Origin: an uncultured cyanobacterium
GTDB lineage: Bacteria > Cyanobacteriota > Cyanobacteriia > Phormidesmidales > Phormidesmidaceae
Reading direction: 5' to 3'
Length of the DNA stretch: 64,000 bases
NCBI GenBank assembly: GCA_963793265.1
Contig: CAWBZI010000006.1
Span: 864,001 to 928,000, forward strand
Shown in pieces: positions 1 through 9,174 of this stretch. The translations under genes and the position numbers were made by a program. Within the stretch, counting starts at the first letter, position 1. Every line of letters starts with the position of its first letter. The notes beneath the pieces were generated by a model. The model was not told the DNA's origin and ran no database searches. It was given only the letters and a program-made list of their open reading frames with translations.

Positions 1-127
1 TACCCGTTTTACGATCTGATATGAGTTTTACAGAAACCAAGCCGTCGGTTTCTTCAGTAAAAATAGCCTCGAACGCTTCGCGCTCTAAATCTCTAGGCAA
101 ATTGCCAAAGTACAAACGAACTGACAT
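1..127 (-). CDS. RRM-type RNA-binding protein (Rbp3-like), N-terminal part; runs off window edge
   Basis: Manual translation from ATG at 127: MSVRLYFGNLPRDLEREAFEAIFTEETDGLVSVKLISDRKTG..., with an RNP2-like LYFGNL and DRKTG ahead of RNP1. Not in the ORF track. Confidence 0.85.
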   Translation of the reverse strand, partial: MSVRLYFGNLPRDLEREAFEAIFTEETDGLVSVKLISDRKTG

Positions 128-442
128 CGAGAATGACCTCTAACTTTTAAATTTGATTTCAAGCTTCAAGAACGCTCAAAAGCCAGAACTCGCTAGCCAA
201 AGGACGCCTGTGATGCTTCACCCATGGAAAGATGGAAGGAAGAAATGAAAAAACTTTCTTTTTGCTTCAGCTTCTTTAAAGTATCACGGCGACTGTAGCC
301 AAACCAAACCTAAAATCAGAATTTATACCTACGGTTAAAATCCGGCTGTGCTAGCGACTCAATAGAGCCCAGATTCGAGCTAGAGCCCGAACTTAGACCA
401 AAGCCACAGCGGCGAATGCTGCCTCGAACCTTAAAAGAGCGC

Positions 443-473
443 AATAAAAAGCCAGTCGGAAAAACCGACTGGC
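443..473 (-). terminator. intrinsic terminator
   Basis: Minus strand GCCAGTCGG-TTTTT-CCGACTGGC followed by TTTTTATT. Confidence 0.8.
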
Positions 474-525
474 CGAGATGCTGTGTTGAGAGTAGGAGAA
501 CCTATGCTTTGGGCATTGAGTTCTT
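445..525 (-). ncRNA. candidate small regulatory RNA (~80 nt)
   Basis: Own promoter TTGCGA-17-TAGATT, 5' hairpin, C/U/A-rich single-stranded middle (UUCUCCUACUCUCAACACAGCAUCUC), intrinsic terminator, no ORF. Confidence 0.6.
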
Positions 526-531
526 ACGGTG

Positions 532-560
532 AATCTAACACCCTTTTACAGACTTCGCAA
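532..560 (-). promoter_or_regulatory. sigma70-type promoter of the candidate sRNA
   Basis: Minus strand TTGCGA (560-555), 17-nt spacer, TG-n-TAGATT (537-532). Confidence 0.6.
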
Positions 561-598
561 TGTTTCTTTACATTCAGCCTGTTCAGCCATTTCAAGCG

Positions 599-2878
599 CT
601 ACCCAAAAATCTTGTGAGTTGCTTCTTGAAAGAATTGCTCGAAGCCTAACAGCCATAGGCCAAGCATTGCTGTAACAACGGCCACTAGCAGCGACGCAAT
701 CGGATGGGCAGCTTGGAGCAAGGTGCCATTGTTAAGCCGAATTTTGTCGATGTCTATCCAGGCGTGATTGCCTCGACGAAACCAGCCGAGGACTTGAACA
801 GGTTTGCCAAGGAGGGCAGCAGGCTTTTGTTGCAAGCCGATAGCATTGCCCAGCGGGCCGATTGCTGAGAAGAAGTGAAGTTTGAGCAAGCCTTCTGACG
901 TTTTGAGCATAAGGTCTTGACCCAGCCAATTAGCAATGCCGGGTCTACCCACGATCGTGCCTGCAAACTTGGCAGGGAGGCTGCTGTTGGGTAACAAACT
1001 TGGCTCGCTGATCCATTGGGAAAGCTGCTGCGAGAGCGTCATGCCAAAGGTGAGATCGGGAAAGAAGCGGTTGATGCGGAGCATTGTGCCTAAGCCTAAG
1101 CCCATCAGCGGACAGAACCAGAATGTTCGAGAGTCCTTGTACATCCAGTCGAGAAACGGCCACTGTAGCCAGTGCCCAATAGCGCCGACTATAAGCAAGC
1201 TGATACCTATAGCAAGGCCAGTCAGCAAGCCGAAAAAGGGCATACCCTGACCGATTAGCATTATCCAGTTTTGTTGAGATAAACCCTTTTGGCGTTTAGG
1301 GGGTGCAGCCAGCGGTATTTCACTATCTAGCTTCCAGTGCCGGGCGTAGGCCATGATCAGGCGGAGGCGATCGCCCAAAGGCGGATGGGCATCACTTACG
1401 CTCATCCAATTGCGCAGCGGATTCAGGCTATCCCAAGCAAACAGCTCAGCTAAAGGCATAGTGCCGTATAAAGACTGGCGGGTCAGCTCGACAGAAACTG
1501 GCAGCATCAAGGCCAGTCGCTCAATTGAAACTGGGGTGTAGCCTTGTTTGTCGATGCTGCTAGCTAAGGCGAAAGACAGCTTGGCTAAAGCGCGGGCGTG
1601 ACCGTTAGGGTTTCCTGTTATTTCAACGGTGGTGCGATCGCCATAATAAGTTCGCACTCGGCTAATCCACATCATCGGCAGTCGCGATAGCCAAAAAATC
1701 CCATAGCTAATAGTGGCAACTATTCCTACTGCCCACTGAACGGGCTTGGCCTGATGGTTTCCCCAGAGCGCCAGCTTCCAGTAGACCTGATGAAAGAGCT
1801 GAAGCACTAAACCCTGTAGCGATAGCAGCGGCCAGTACATCGTTTTCCAATGAGACACTTCATACACAACTAAAGCGGCAATCTCGTCGGCTGAGAGCGC
1901 TGATAGTAAGCCTTCGCTAACGACGAGCCTGGCATTGCGCGGTAGCCAGCCGTAGGAAAAGATGAGCGGCACGTCTGTGTTGAGTTTCCACAGGGTAGGA
2001 AGCGGCCAGCGGTGCTGTTGGCAGCGTTTGCCTAGCAAGGTAGCGGCTTCAGGGGAATAAGTGCGAAGCTTTGGGATGGAAAAGGACTGGCGATCGCTGG
2101 TGAAGCGTAGCCATAAATCCCATAGCCAGGGGGAAGCAATCAAAAGTCCAAAGAGAACACCAAACACCATCCAGGCCCAGTATTGATAGTGCGGCGATAA
2201 GTAGAAAAACCCTATCCTTATCGGCAGGATGTTCAGGATTCTATAGAGCGTGTCTAGAACTTTGTTGATTGGCTCGACCACGCTGTAGATCAAGTAGAGC
2301 AGTAGGGCGTAGAAGGCGGTTATGCCGATCGTTTGGGCAAACCATAGGGGCGATCGCTTCATTTTGCCGAGCGATCGCCCTTTGGTTAAGCGGCCCGCAT
2401 TTGGCCATTCATAGGATGGCGGGGCTACTGGCGGGGCTTCAGGGATAGGCCCAGCGGCAGAGGGTTCGACTGGGATAGGGTCGTCTTCGCCGTTGAGGTA
2501 GGCGTAGTGAAACATTGAAACCGCAGGCGGTGCAGTTTCCAAAGGAACAAATCCAGATGGCGAGCTTTTTGATATAGGTTTCTTTGGCGTATTAGTAGGC
2601 GATCGCGCTTCAATTTTCTCAAGTGTCGTTGTCGCCCACTGCTGGATAGAAGGCTGCGAGCTGCGACCGATTTTTTGACAGATAGATTTGGCCTTAGCCC
2701 ATTCTTGCTGTGCCATATAGACGCGCACTAAGCCCATGCCTGCTTTGGTGCGATAGGTGCGGCTTGGGGTGCGGCTGAGTTTGGAAAGGGTTGCGATCGC
2801 CTGCTTGTAATCGCCTTGTTTGTAAGCTGCAATGCCAGCCGCGAGCAATTGTTCTAAATCGGGCAGCGCGGTGGTCAT
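599..2878 (-). CDS. TPR + M48 (HtpX-like) membrane metalloprotease-domain protein, probably catalytically inactive
   Basis: N-terminal TPR-like helices, TM segments, M48 motifs (LVVSEGLL...LSADEIAAL, TGNPNGHARALAKL, HPPLGDRL). Start placed at ATG 2878 rather than TTG 2950. Confidence 0.75.
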   Translation of the reverse strand: MTTALPDLEQLLAAGIAAYKQGDYKQAIATLSKLSRTPSRTYRTKAGMGLVRVYMAQQEWAKAKSICQKIGRSSQPSIQQWATTTLEKIEARSPTNTPKKPISKSSPSGFVPLETAPPAVSMFHYAYLNGEDDPIPVEPSAAGPIPEAPPVAPPSYEWPNAGRLTKGRSLGKMKRSPLWFAQTIGITAFYALLLYLIYSVVEPINKVLDTLYRILNILPIRIGFFYLSPHYQYWAWMVFGVLFGLLIASPWLWDLWLRFTSDRQSFSIPKLRTYSPEAATLLGKRCQQHRWPLPTLWKLNTDVPLIFSYGWLPRNARLVVSEGLLSALSADEIAALVVYEVSHWKTMYWPLLSLQGLVLQLFHQVYWKLALWGNHQAKPVQWAVGIVATISYGIFWLSRLPMMWISRVRTYYGDRTTVEITGNPNGHARALAKLSFALASSIDKQGYTPVSIERLALMLPVSVELTRQSLYGTMPLAELFAWDSLNPLRNWMSVSDAHPPLGDRLRLIMAYARHWKLDSEIPLAAPPKRQKGLSQQNWIMLIGQGMPFFGLLTGLAIGISLLIVGAIGHWLQWPFLDWMYKDSRTFWFCPLMGLGLGTMLRINRFFPDLTFGMTLSQQLSQWISEPSLLPNSSLPAKFAGTIVGRPGIANWLGQDLMLKTSEGLLKLHFFSAIGPLGNAIGLQQKPAALLGKPVQVLGWFRRGNHAWIDIDKIRLNNGTLLQAAHPIASLLVAVVTAMLGLWLLGFEQFFQEATHKIFG

Positions 2879-3070
2879 AGGCTTTTCGTTGATAGGCGGC
2901 TTTAATGCACTCGCCCTCAGCAACGTAGGGCTCAGGCTCAGGGTACGCAAATCAACAATTTTTATAACTTAGGCACTATGATCGTTAGAGAATATATTAA
3001 GAGACGGTTAACATTTTCTTCGGTCGCTTTTTCTCTGGGTATTTTTTCTTTGGTCACTTTTTGAGGATAA

Positions 3071-3826
3071 ATGTCTAGCGCCTTACTTATTTCTCTACTC
3101 GCCTCAGTTAGCTTTACGGCATGGTTTATCAGCATGTTGGTCGGCGGTGGCAGTCCGTTAATTTTGATTCCTACAGTGACGTTATTGCTGGGTGCTCAGT
3201 CAGTAGCGCCCGTGCTGACGATTGGCAGCGTTCTTGGGAATATGCAGCGTAGTGCGTTGCTTTGGCGGCATATTGACTGGTCGCTGACGCTTTGGCAGGT
3301 GCCGGGTGTGATTGTCGGCTCAGTGCTAGGAGCCTATGCGTTTACGCAGGTGCAGGCGGAGGGATTGCAGGTTTTTATTGCGATCGCTCTTCTATATATG
3401 GTGGTGCATTCTGTACTGAGCGATCGCATCAACCTGCCGAAAGTGGTGTTTAAGGTTTGGTATTTTTTGCCTTTGGGATTTTGTAATGCGATCGCCTCTG
3501 GCCTCATCGGCAGCACTGGCCCAATCTTAAATCCCGCCTATCTCAGCTATGGCCTAGAAAAAGAGCAAATGGTCGCCACCAGAGCCGCCAGCCTTACGCT
3601 CACTCATGTCGTCAAGATTTTGACCTACACTGCGCTAGGCGTACTGTCGCCAACGTTAGTAGGCTATGGCCTAATCGTGGGTTGTGCGGCGCTACCGGCT
3701 AATTGGTTAGGACGCAAAGTACTCGAAAAAATGAGCGCCGAGCAGTTTCAGATTGCGGTTGTTAGCTTCATCGGGCTTAGCGGCGTTTGGATGCTGTGGC
3801 AACAGCGCGCCTTTTTTGTTCATTAA
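3071..3826 (+). CDS. sulfite exporter TauE/SafE family membrane protein
   Basis: 251 aa, about 8 TM segments, GGGSPLILIP and GLIGSTGP motifs. Confidence 0.85.
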   Translation: MSSALLISLLASVSFTAWFISMLVGGGSPLILIPTVTLLLGAQSVAPVLTIGSVLGNMQRSALLWRHIDWSLTLWQVPGVIVGSVLGAYAFTQVQAEGLQVFIAIALLYMVVHSVLSDRINLPKVVFKVWYFLPLGFCNAIASGLIGSTGPILNPAYLSYGLEKEQMVATRAASLTLTHVVKILTYTALGVLSPTLVGYGLIVGCAALPANWLGRKVLEKMSAEQFQIAVVSFIGLSGVWMLWQQRAFFVH

Positions 3827-3856
3827 GTTTGGCCTATCGATTTATCGGATAGAAAA

Positions 3857-5116
3857 TCAATCCTTCTTCAATAGACTTTCAACGACTGCATATAGGCTCT
3901 CTTCACTTTCTCCGGCTATCTGACGGTCTTTAAGATCAATTAGACCGTGGGCTAGCTCTGCCGCTCGTTTTTTGTAGTTGTTATTAGCTGCCAATAAGTC
4001 TGTAAATACTTCTTGCTCAACTTCTAACCGGCTAGCCTCGTCTGCAATCGGAGACTCGTAGGCGGCTTCGTCTACGTCGTAGCGGAGGAGAAAAATAAGC
4101 GCGTTGCACTGTTCTTGCAGTTGCTTTTGCAGCACCTTGGTATCTAGTTCTAGGCGGTCAAAGCCTACGGTGCCAGTAATGCGTAGCTCTACGATGGGCT
4201 GGTCTTCAGGGATGATTTCTTTGGATTTTAGAGATTTTTCGATTAGGGTGATCGCTTTGGTAGAGATAGATTCGATGGGGTCTTGCGATCGCACCTTCAT
4301 TGGCAGTCTCACAATCGACCTCTGCTGATAGTCAGTCTTCAGCTCAGCTCGAACCCCAGTCTCATCAATCTCAACCAAATAAGCCCCGCGCTGAAACCGA
4401 CTCTCTTCGATATTATTCGCCTCTATCGAACCAGGGTTAAAAATCCAACCATCTTCCTCATAGTTTTTATGAATATGACCGAGCGCCAAGTAATCGATTC
4501 CTGCCTTCTTTAGCGGCAGCACTTCACCATATCGCAGCGCCCCAGCATAGCGAGCAATTTGCCCCTCTAGCCCATGGTGAAATAGCAAAATAGAAGGGCC
4601 AGGCGCAGGCGGTAAGTCACCTAGCGCCTTAGCAATCTGCTCAATCGCTCTCGGAGCCGCCGCGCCATACCAGCTAGAGCCCAACACCCGTACGCCGCAG
4701 TCAAGATCGATATACCCGCCGCGCTTAGACTGCTCATCCCAGGGTAAGTAAAAAGGCTCACCGTCACTGATATTACCGGGCTCTAGCAGCTTCAACAGCC
4801 GCCACTCTGACAGGTATCGCAGCCAGCTCGATTTGGTACCGTAGGGCGCATTGTCATGATTTCCCTCGATAGCCAGCACTGGAATCCCAGCAGCTTTTAG
4901 CATCTCAAGACAGATTTGAGCCTGGTTGAGAATAGCGGGCTGAATGTTGCGATGCTCGAATAGGTCACCGCCAATAATCACAAAATCAACGGCTTCACCA
5001 ACAGCGTATTTTTCTAAGACGTTGTGTAGCGAATAGAAAAAGTCCAGCGTTCGTTGGCTGCTGTCGTAGCGGTCGAAGCCAAGGTGAATATCGGAGATGT
5101 GCAGGAACTTTGCCAT
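3857..5116 (-). CDS. sbcD: SbcD/Mre11-family DNA repair exonuclease (metallophosphoesterase)
   Basis: Motifs HISDIHLG, GGDLFE, IEGNHD, LFHHG, ALGHIH. Confidence 0.85.
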   Translation of the reverse strand: MAKFLHISDIHLGFDRYDSSQRTLDFFYSLHNVLEKYAVGEAVDFVIIGGDLFEHRNIQPAILNQAQICLEMLKAAGIPVLAIEGNHDNAPYGTKSSWLRYLSEWRLLKLLEPGNISDGEPFYLPWDEQSKRGGYIDLDCGVRVLGSSWYGAAAPRAIEQIAKALGDLPPAPGPSILLFHHGLEGQIARYAGALRYGEVLPLKKAGIDYLALGHIHKNYEEDGWIFNPGSIEANNIEESRFQRGAYLVEIDETGVRAELKTDYQQRSIVRLPMKVRSQDPIESISTKAITLIEKSLKSKEIIPEDQPIVELRITGTVGFDRLELDTKVLQKQLQEQCNALIFLLRYDVDEAAYESPIADEASRLEVEQEVFTDLLAANNNYKKRAAELAHGLIDLKDRQIAGESEESLYAVVESLLKKD

Positions 5117-5390
5117 TAGCGTACGAGAGGATAAAACACGAGTCTCAATCGTAGAGCGTTTATTCTAGAACAGATGAACTGTCTAGTCGAGATGATCCTT
5201 TTGTTTCAGGGCTCTCTTACAGGTTTCTCAGGCTCAATGAGAGGACACTGAGTATCACCTGTGAACACTTCAAGGCAACGTCTCAGCTAATCTCAGCGAG
5301 GTCTTAATTGGGCTTCAGAACGCGGCTTAGTAGGCATGGCATTCTTGAATCAATGAAGCAAACACATTGACTCCCAAGGAGACACACGCC

Positions 5391-5846
5391 ATGAAAACTT
5401 CCACTATCCAACAAGCTTTCGCCGCTCTACTTTTGACCACAGCTACCGTTGCATTTGCCCCGGCTGCTACTGCCGCTGAATCAAAAGCAATTACGAACAT
5501 TCAGGCCACTCGCTTAGAGCGACTCAATACGCAATCCAAGTCAATTGACGACATTCAAGTCACTCGCCTTGACTTTCTTGATAACCAGACAAAATCTGTC
5601 GAGAACATTCAAAAGACCCGTCTAGATTTTTTGACTAATCACGACTCATCAAAGGCTGTTGAGAACATTCAAAAGACTCGTCTAGATTTTCTGGCCAACC
5701 ACGACTCATCAAAATCTGTTGAGAACATCCAAAAGACTCGCTTAGAATTCCTAACTAATCACGACTCGTCGAAATCCGTTGAGAATATCCAAAAGACTCG
5801 TCTGGAGTTCTTGACTAACCACGACTCGTCAAAGGCCGTTAAGTAG
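5391..5846 (+). CDS. secreted tandem-repeat protein of unknown function
   Basis: AAGGAG RBS before ATG 5391, Sec-type signal peptide ending APAATAA, then six repeats of SK(S/A)VENIQKTRL(D/E)FL(T/A)N(HDS). Confidence 0.8.
   Translation: MKTSTIQQAFAALLLTTATVAFAPAATAAESKAITNIQATRLERLNTQSKSIDDIQVTRLDFLDNQTKSVENIQKTRLDFLTNHDSSKAVENIQKTRLDFLANHDSSKSVENIQKTRLEFLTNHDSSKSVENIQKTRLEFLTNHDSSKAVK
5591..5840 (+). repeat. 60-bp coding tandem repeat (about 4 copies, preceded by two degenerate 54-bp copies)
   Basis: GAGAACATTCAAAAGACYCG...ACGACTC unit recurs at 5601, 5661, 5721 and 5781. Confidence 0.9.
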
Positions 5847-5890
5847 TCCCCTATAGCATTTCAAAATCAACTATTAAGGTCAGCCACTTA

Positions 5891-5936
5891 CCGAAGTACT
5901 GGGTCAGCAGAGATTGACTCAGTACTTCGGTTTTTT
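5891..5936 (+). terminator. intrinsic terminator
   Basis: CCGAAGTACTGGGTCA...TGACTCAGTACTTCGG followed by TTTTTT. Confidence 0.85.
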
Positions 5937-6021
5937 GGCTAGCCTGTCAAGTTTGGACACCCTATGGTTCCTTGAGAATTTATAGCTTCATTCGCTGGGT
6001 GTCCTTTCCTACTTCATGTCA

Positions 6022-6645
6022 TTATTTGGCCGTCAATACTTGTTCGGCGGTTAGCGTTAGGTCAGGAAAAGTAAGAGAGGTGATGGGGCGATCGCCTCGA
6101 AGCAACTGAACATCATATTCCCCATTTACTAAAGTGCAAACTGAAAGGGTTGGCTGTTTGGGCTTACCGATATGCCGAATGCCACCTAAGCCCGCGTAGT
6201 CGGCAATCCAGTATTCAGGAATGCCTAAAGTCGCATAGTCTTCGAGCTTTCGAGCATAGTCGTTTTGCCAATTGCTGCTCACGACTTCTGACACGAACTT
6301 AAGCGAACTGCCTAGCGTAAGAATGGACTGTTCGCGCCAGAGCGGTTCTTTACCCAGTTCTGAACGGTCAACGATAGCGACATCAGGCCGAAAGGCAGTC
6401 ATGCCTGTATTCGCAGGCCGCAGCAATCCGCGCTGAAGAACAAACCAAGGCTGGCTGGCTTTGTCGATTTGGACGCAAGCTTTTGTGGTGATGAAGGCGG
6501 CAACCTCTTCGTGCTGACCTGTAGGTTCCAAGTCAAAGACCTCTCCATCTATCAATTCGTAGCGGTTGTCGTCACCGTATTGGGCAATGAACTCGTTAAA
6601 GCTTAAAGGCTTAAGTTGTACGGATTGATCGGTTGCAGCAGTCAT
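6022..6645 (-). CDS. Uma2 (DUF820) family endonuclease
   Basis: RYELIDG, RPDVAIV, EVVS, KLEDYATLGIPEYWIAD. Confidence 0.9.
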   Translation of the reverse strand: MTAATDQSVQLKPLSFNEFIAQYGDDNRYELIDGEVFDLEPTGQHEEVAAFITTKACVQIDKASQPWFVLQRGLLRPANTGMTAFRPDVAIVDRSELGKEPLWREQSILTLGSSLKFVSEVVSSNWQNDYARKLEDYATLGIPEYWIADYAGLGGIRHIGKPKQPTLSVCTLVNGEYDVQLLRGDRPITSLTFPDLTLTAEQVLTAK

Positions 6646-6685
6646 CGGCTACCTCAGTGTCCCTTCAACGTTCTTAGTTTATAAG

Positions 6686-7789
6686 CTAAACCTGTTCTGT
6701 CGTGGAGGCTGCAAGTTCTTCTAGCTGTGCCTGCTGATCTTGAGAGATGCAAGACTGAATGACAGGTTCAATGTCGCCTTCTAAAACACTGGGGAGCGAG
6801 AAGTTTTGGTTGAGGCGGTGATCCGTCATGCGGTTGTCTTTGTAGTTGTAGGTGCGGATTTTTTCGGAGCGAGAGCCGGAGCCAACTTGTGATCGCCTAG
6901 TCGCCGTAATCTCATCCTGCTGCTCTTGCAGCTTCATCTCATACAGCTTGGCTCTGAGGATCTGCATGGCGCGCTCTCGGTTTTGCATCTGCGATCGCTC
7001 CTCAGTACAAAACACCCGAATTCCTGTCGGCTTATGAATCAAATCCACCGCCGTCTCTACCTTGTTCACATTCTGACCACCCGCACCGCCTGATCGCGCT
7101 GTCGTCATCGTAATTTCCTTCGGGTCGATATGAATTTCCACATCGTCCACCTCTGGCATCACCGCCACAGTCGCCGTAGACGTATGCACCCGCCCGCCCG
7201 ATTCTGTCATCGGCACCCGCTGCACCCGATGCACCCCCGACTCAAACTTCAGCTTGCTATAAACCTGATCGCCTTTAACTTCTATCACGGCCTCTTTCAC
7301 ACCGCCCATATCCGCCCGCGATTCGCTCAGCAGGCTCGCCTTCCACCCCTGCCCTTCTGCATACCGACTATACAGCCGCAGCAAATCTCCAGCCCAAATC
7401 CCCGCTTCATCACCGCCCGTACCGGCTCTAATCTCTAACATGATGTTCTTTTCATCGTTAGGATCTCTCGGCAGCAGCAGCACCTTCAGCCGTTCTTCTA
7501 GCTTCTCAGTCCTTTCCTCTAGCTCAGTAACCTCCAGCCCCGCCATCTCGTACATTTCAGAGTCATTAGCCGCTTCTTTATAAATTTCTCGTGCGCCCGT
7601 CAGCTCCTCTTGCACCTCCTGCCATTCGTGGTAGGTCTGCACCGTCTCTTCTAGGGACGCTCTGAGCTTGGCAATTTTTTGGAACTCATCAGGATCTCTG
7701 GCCACGTCAGGGTCGGCCATCCGAAGCGTCAGCTCCTTGAAGGTCTGTTCTACTGAGTCTAGTTTTTGTAGAAGATAAGATTCAGCCAT
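6686..7789 (-). CDS. prfA: peptide chain release factor 1
   Basis: GGQ motif ([11 protein letters not shown]), RF1-type PxT motif (VPMTE), position after rpmE. Confidence 0.97.
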   Translation of the reverse strand: MAESYLLQKLDSVEQTFKELTLRMADPDVARDPDEFQKIAKLRASLEETVQTYHEWQEVQEELTGAREIYKEAANDSEMYEMAGLEVTELEERTEKLEERLKVLLLPRDPNDEKNIMLEIRAGTGGDEAGIWAGDLLRLYSRYAEGQGWKASLLSESRADMGGVKEAVIEVKGDQVYSKLKFESGVHRVQRVPMTESGGRVHTSTATVAVMPEVDDVEIHIDPKEITMTTARSGGAGGQNVNKVETAVDLIHKPTGIRVFCTEERSQMQNRERAMQILRAKLYEMKLQEQQDEITATRRSQVGSGSRSEKIRTYNYKDNRMTDHRLNQNFSLPSVLEGDIEPVIQSCISQDQQAQLEELAASTTEQV

Positions 7790-7927
7790 TGCCGGTTACC
7801 TGAAGTGTGATTGCTAAGGATATTAGAGAGAAATCAAAAGAAAAACTGCTGCCAAAAAAATATCCGAGCGGCTAACCCCATTTTATAGAAGAGGTCGGAC
7901 ACTCGGATAGTGATGTTGGGGCGATCG

Positions 7928-8215
7928 CTACTTCTCAGCGTCGCTCGATCCACTGGTTTCTTGGGTCGTTTCTTCGGTCGTCTCTCCGGTTGTTTCTTCA
8001 TCAGTTTCCGAAGACATACCGTACTTACGCAAGAACCGCTCAACGCGACCCTCGGTGTCAATAATCTTCTGCGTACCGGTGTAGAAGGGGTGGTTACCCG
8101 ACCATACATCGACGCTTAGTTCAGGCTTGGTAGAGCCCACGGTCATGACCTGTTTGCCGTTGCAAAAGACCTTGGCCTCGGGGTACCACTTTGGATGGAT
8201 ATCAGCTTTTGGCAT
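7928..8215 (-). CDS. rpmE: 50S ribosomal protein L31 with acidic C-terminal tail
   Basis: MPKADIHPKWY...HPFYTG...GRVERF. Confidence 0.95.
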   Translation of the reverse strand: MPKADIHPKWYPEAKVFCNGKQVMTVGSTKPELSVDVWSGNHPFYTGTQKIIDTEGRVERFLRKYGMSSETDEETTGETTEETTQETSGSSDAEK

Positions 8216-8261
8216 TGTTGTAGTTAGATGAAAATTTGGGTTTGTATCGAAATAGAAAGAA

Positions 8262-8669
8262 TTAACGCTTCGAGAACTGACCAGCTTTACGCGCCTTCTT
8301 CAAGCCGTACTTCTTACGCTCTTTCTGGCGAGGGTCACGCGTCAAGTACCCTTCAGTTTTCAAAGGCATCCGGTTATCAGGATCTAACTCACACAGAGCG
8401 CGAGCAACGCCCAGCTTGATAGAGTCAGCCTGACCCGTAAGGCCACCGCCACGTACGTTCACCAAAATGTCGTACTCACCTTCTAGGCCCAGCGTTTCTA
8501 AAGGCGCTTTGGCAGAAGTGATGTAGGCAGGATTATCTTGCAGGTAAAATTCGCCGGGCTTTTTGTTGATAGTCATTTTGCCGTTACCAGGCACCAGGCG
8601 CACTCTAGCGACTGATGACTTGCGGCGACCCGTGCCCCAATATACAGCGCGATCGGTTTGTTCAGCCAT
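8262..8669 (-). CDS. rpsI: 30S ribosomal protein S9
   Basis: GTGRRK, GGGLTGQ, ends QFSKR. Confidence 0.97.
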   Translation of the reverse strand: MAEQTDRAVYWGTGRRKSSVARVRLVPGNGKMTINKKPGEFYLQDNPAYITSAKAPLETLGLEGEYDILVNVRGGGLTGQADSIKLGVARALCELDPDNRMPLKTEGYLTRDPRQKERKKYGLKKARKAGQFSKR

Positions 8670-8672
8670 GGG

Positions 8673-9128
8673 TTATTTACCTCCGGGAGTAGTGTTTACG
8701 GTCATTGTTTTTGGGTTCTGAGACGAATGGGGATGCTCAGCGCCTGCATATACCTTGAGCTTAGTGAAGAGCTTACGGCCCATGGCATTTTTGGGCAGCA
8801 TTCCTTTGATTGCTTTTTCAACAATGCGCTCAGGAACGCGCGCTTGCAGTTGATTGAACGTTTCAGTCTTCATCCCGCCCGGACGGCCAGAGTGACGGCG
8901 ATATAGCTTTTGAGAGCTTTTGTTGCCGGTCACGACAATTTTGTCTGCGTTAATCACAACGACAAAATCGCCAACGTCCATGTGAGGGGCGTAGTTAGGC
9001 TTATTTTTGCCGCGTAGCACCTGCGCCACTTCGCTGGCGAATCGACCCAAACGCTGGTCAGCGGCATCTACCACATACCAATCGCGTTCGATTTCATTAA
9101 CAGGAGTAAGGGTAGTTTTCGTTGACAT
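8673..9128 (-). CDS. rplM: 50S ribosomal protein L13
   Basis: WYVVDA...[17 protein letters not shown]. Confidence 0.97.
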   Translation of the reverse strand: MSTKTTLTPVNEIERDWYVVDAADQRLGRFASEVAQVLRGKNKPNYAPHMDVGDFVVVINADKIVVTGNKSSQKLYRRHSGRPGGMKTETFNQLQARVPERIVEKAIKGMLPKNAMGRKLFTKLKVYAGAEHPHSSQNPKTMTVNTTPGGK

Positions 9129-9174
9129 AGCGGTTTCCGTAGGCTTCGTAAATCGATCTAAGGTGAAAGTGGAA

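Noticed and set aside
3857..5116. Stand-alone sbcD-like nuclease as a defence gene
   Set aside because: It is an ordinary SbcD/Mre11 sequence in a housekeeping context; sbcC is often unlinked in cyanobacteria.
5591..5840. Regular 60-bp repeats as a possible CRISPR array
   Set aside because: There are no unique spacers, variation falls at codon third positions inside an ORF with a signal peptide, and no cas genes are present. It is a coding repeat.
5955..6004. GGACACCC...GGGTGTCC inverted repeat as a MITE
   Set aside because: Only 8 bp, with no target duplication and no second copy in the window.
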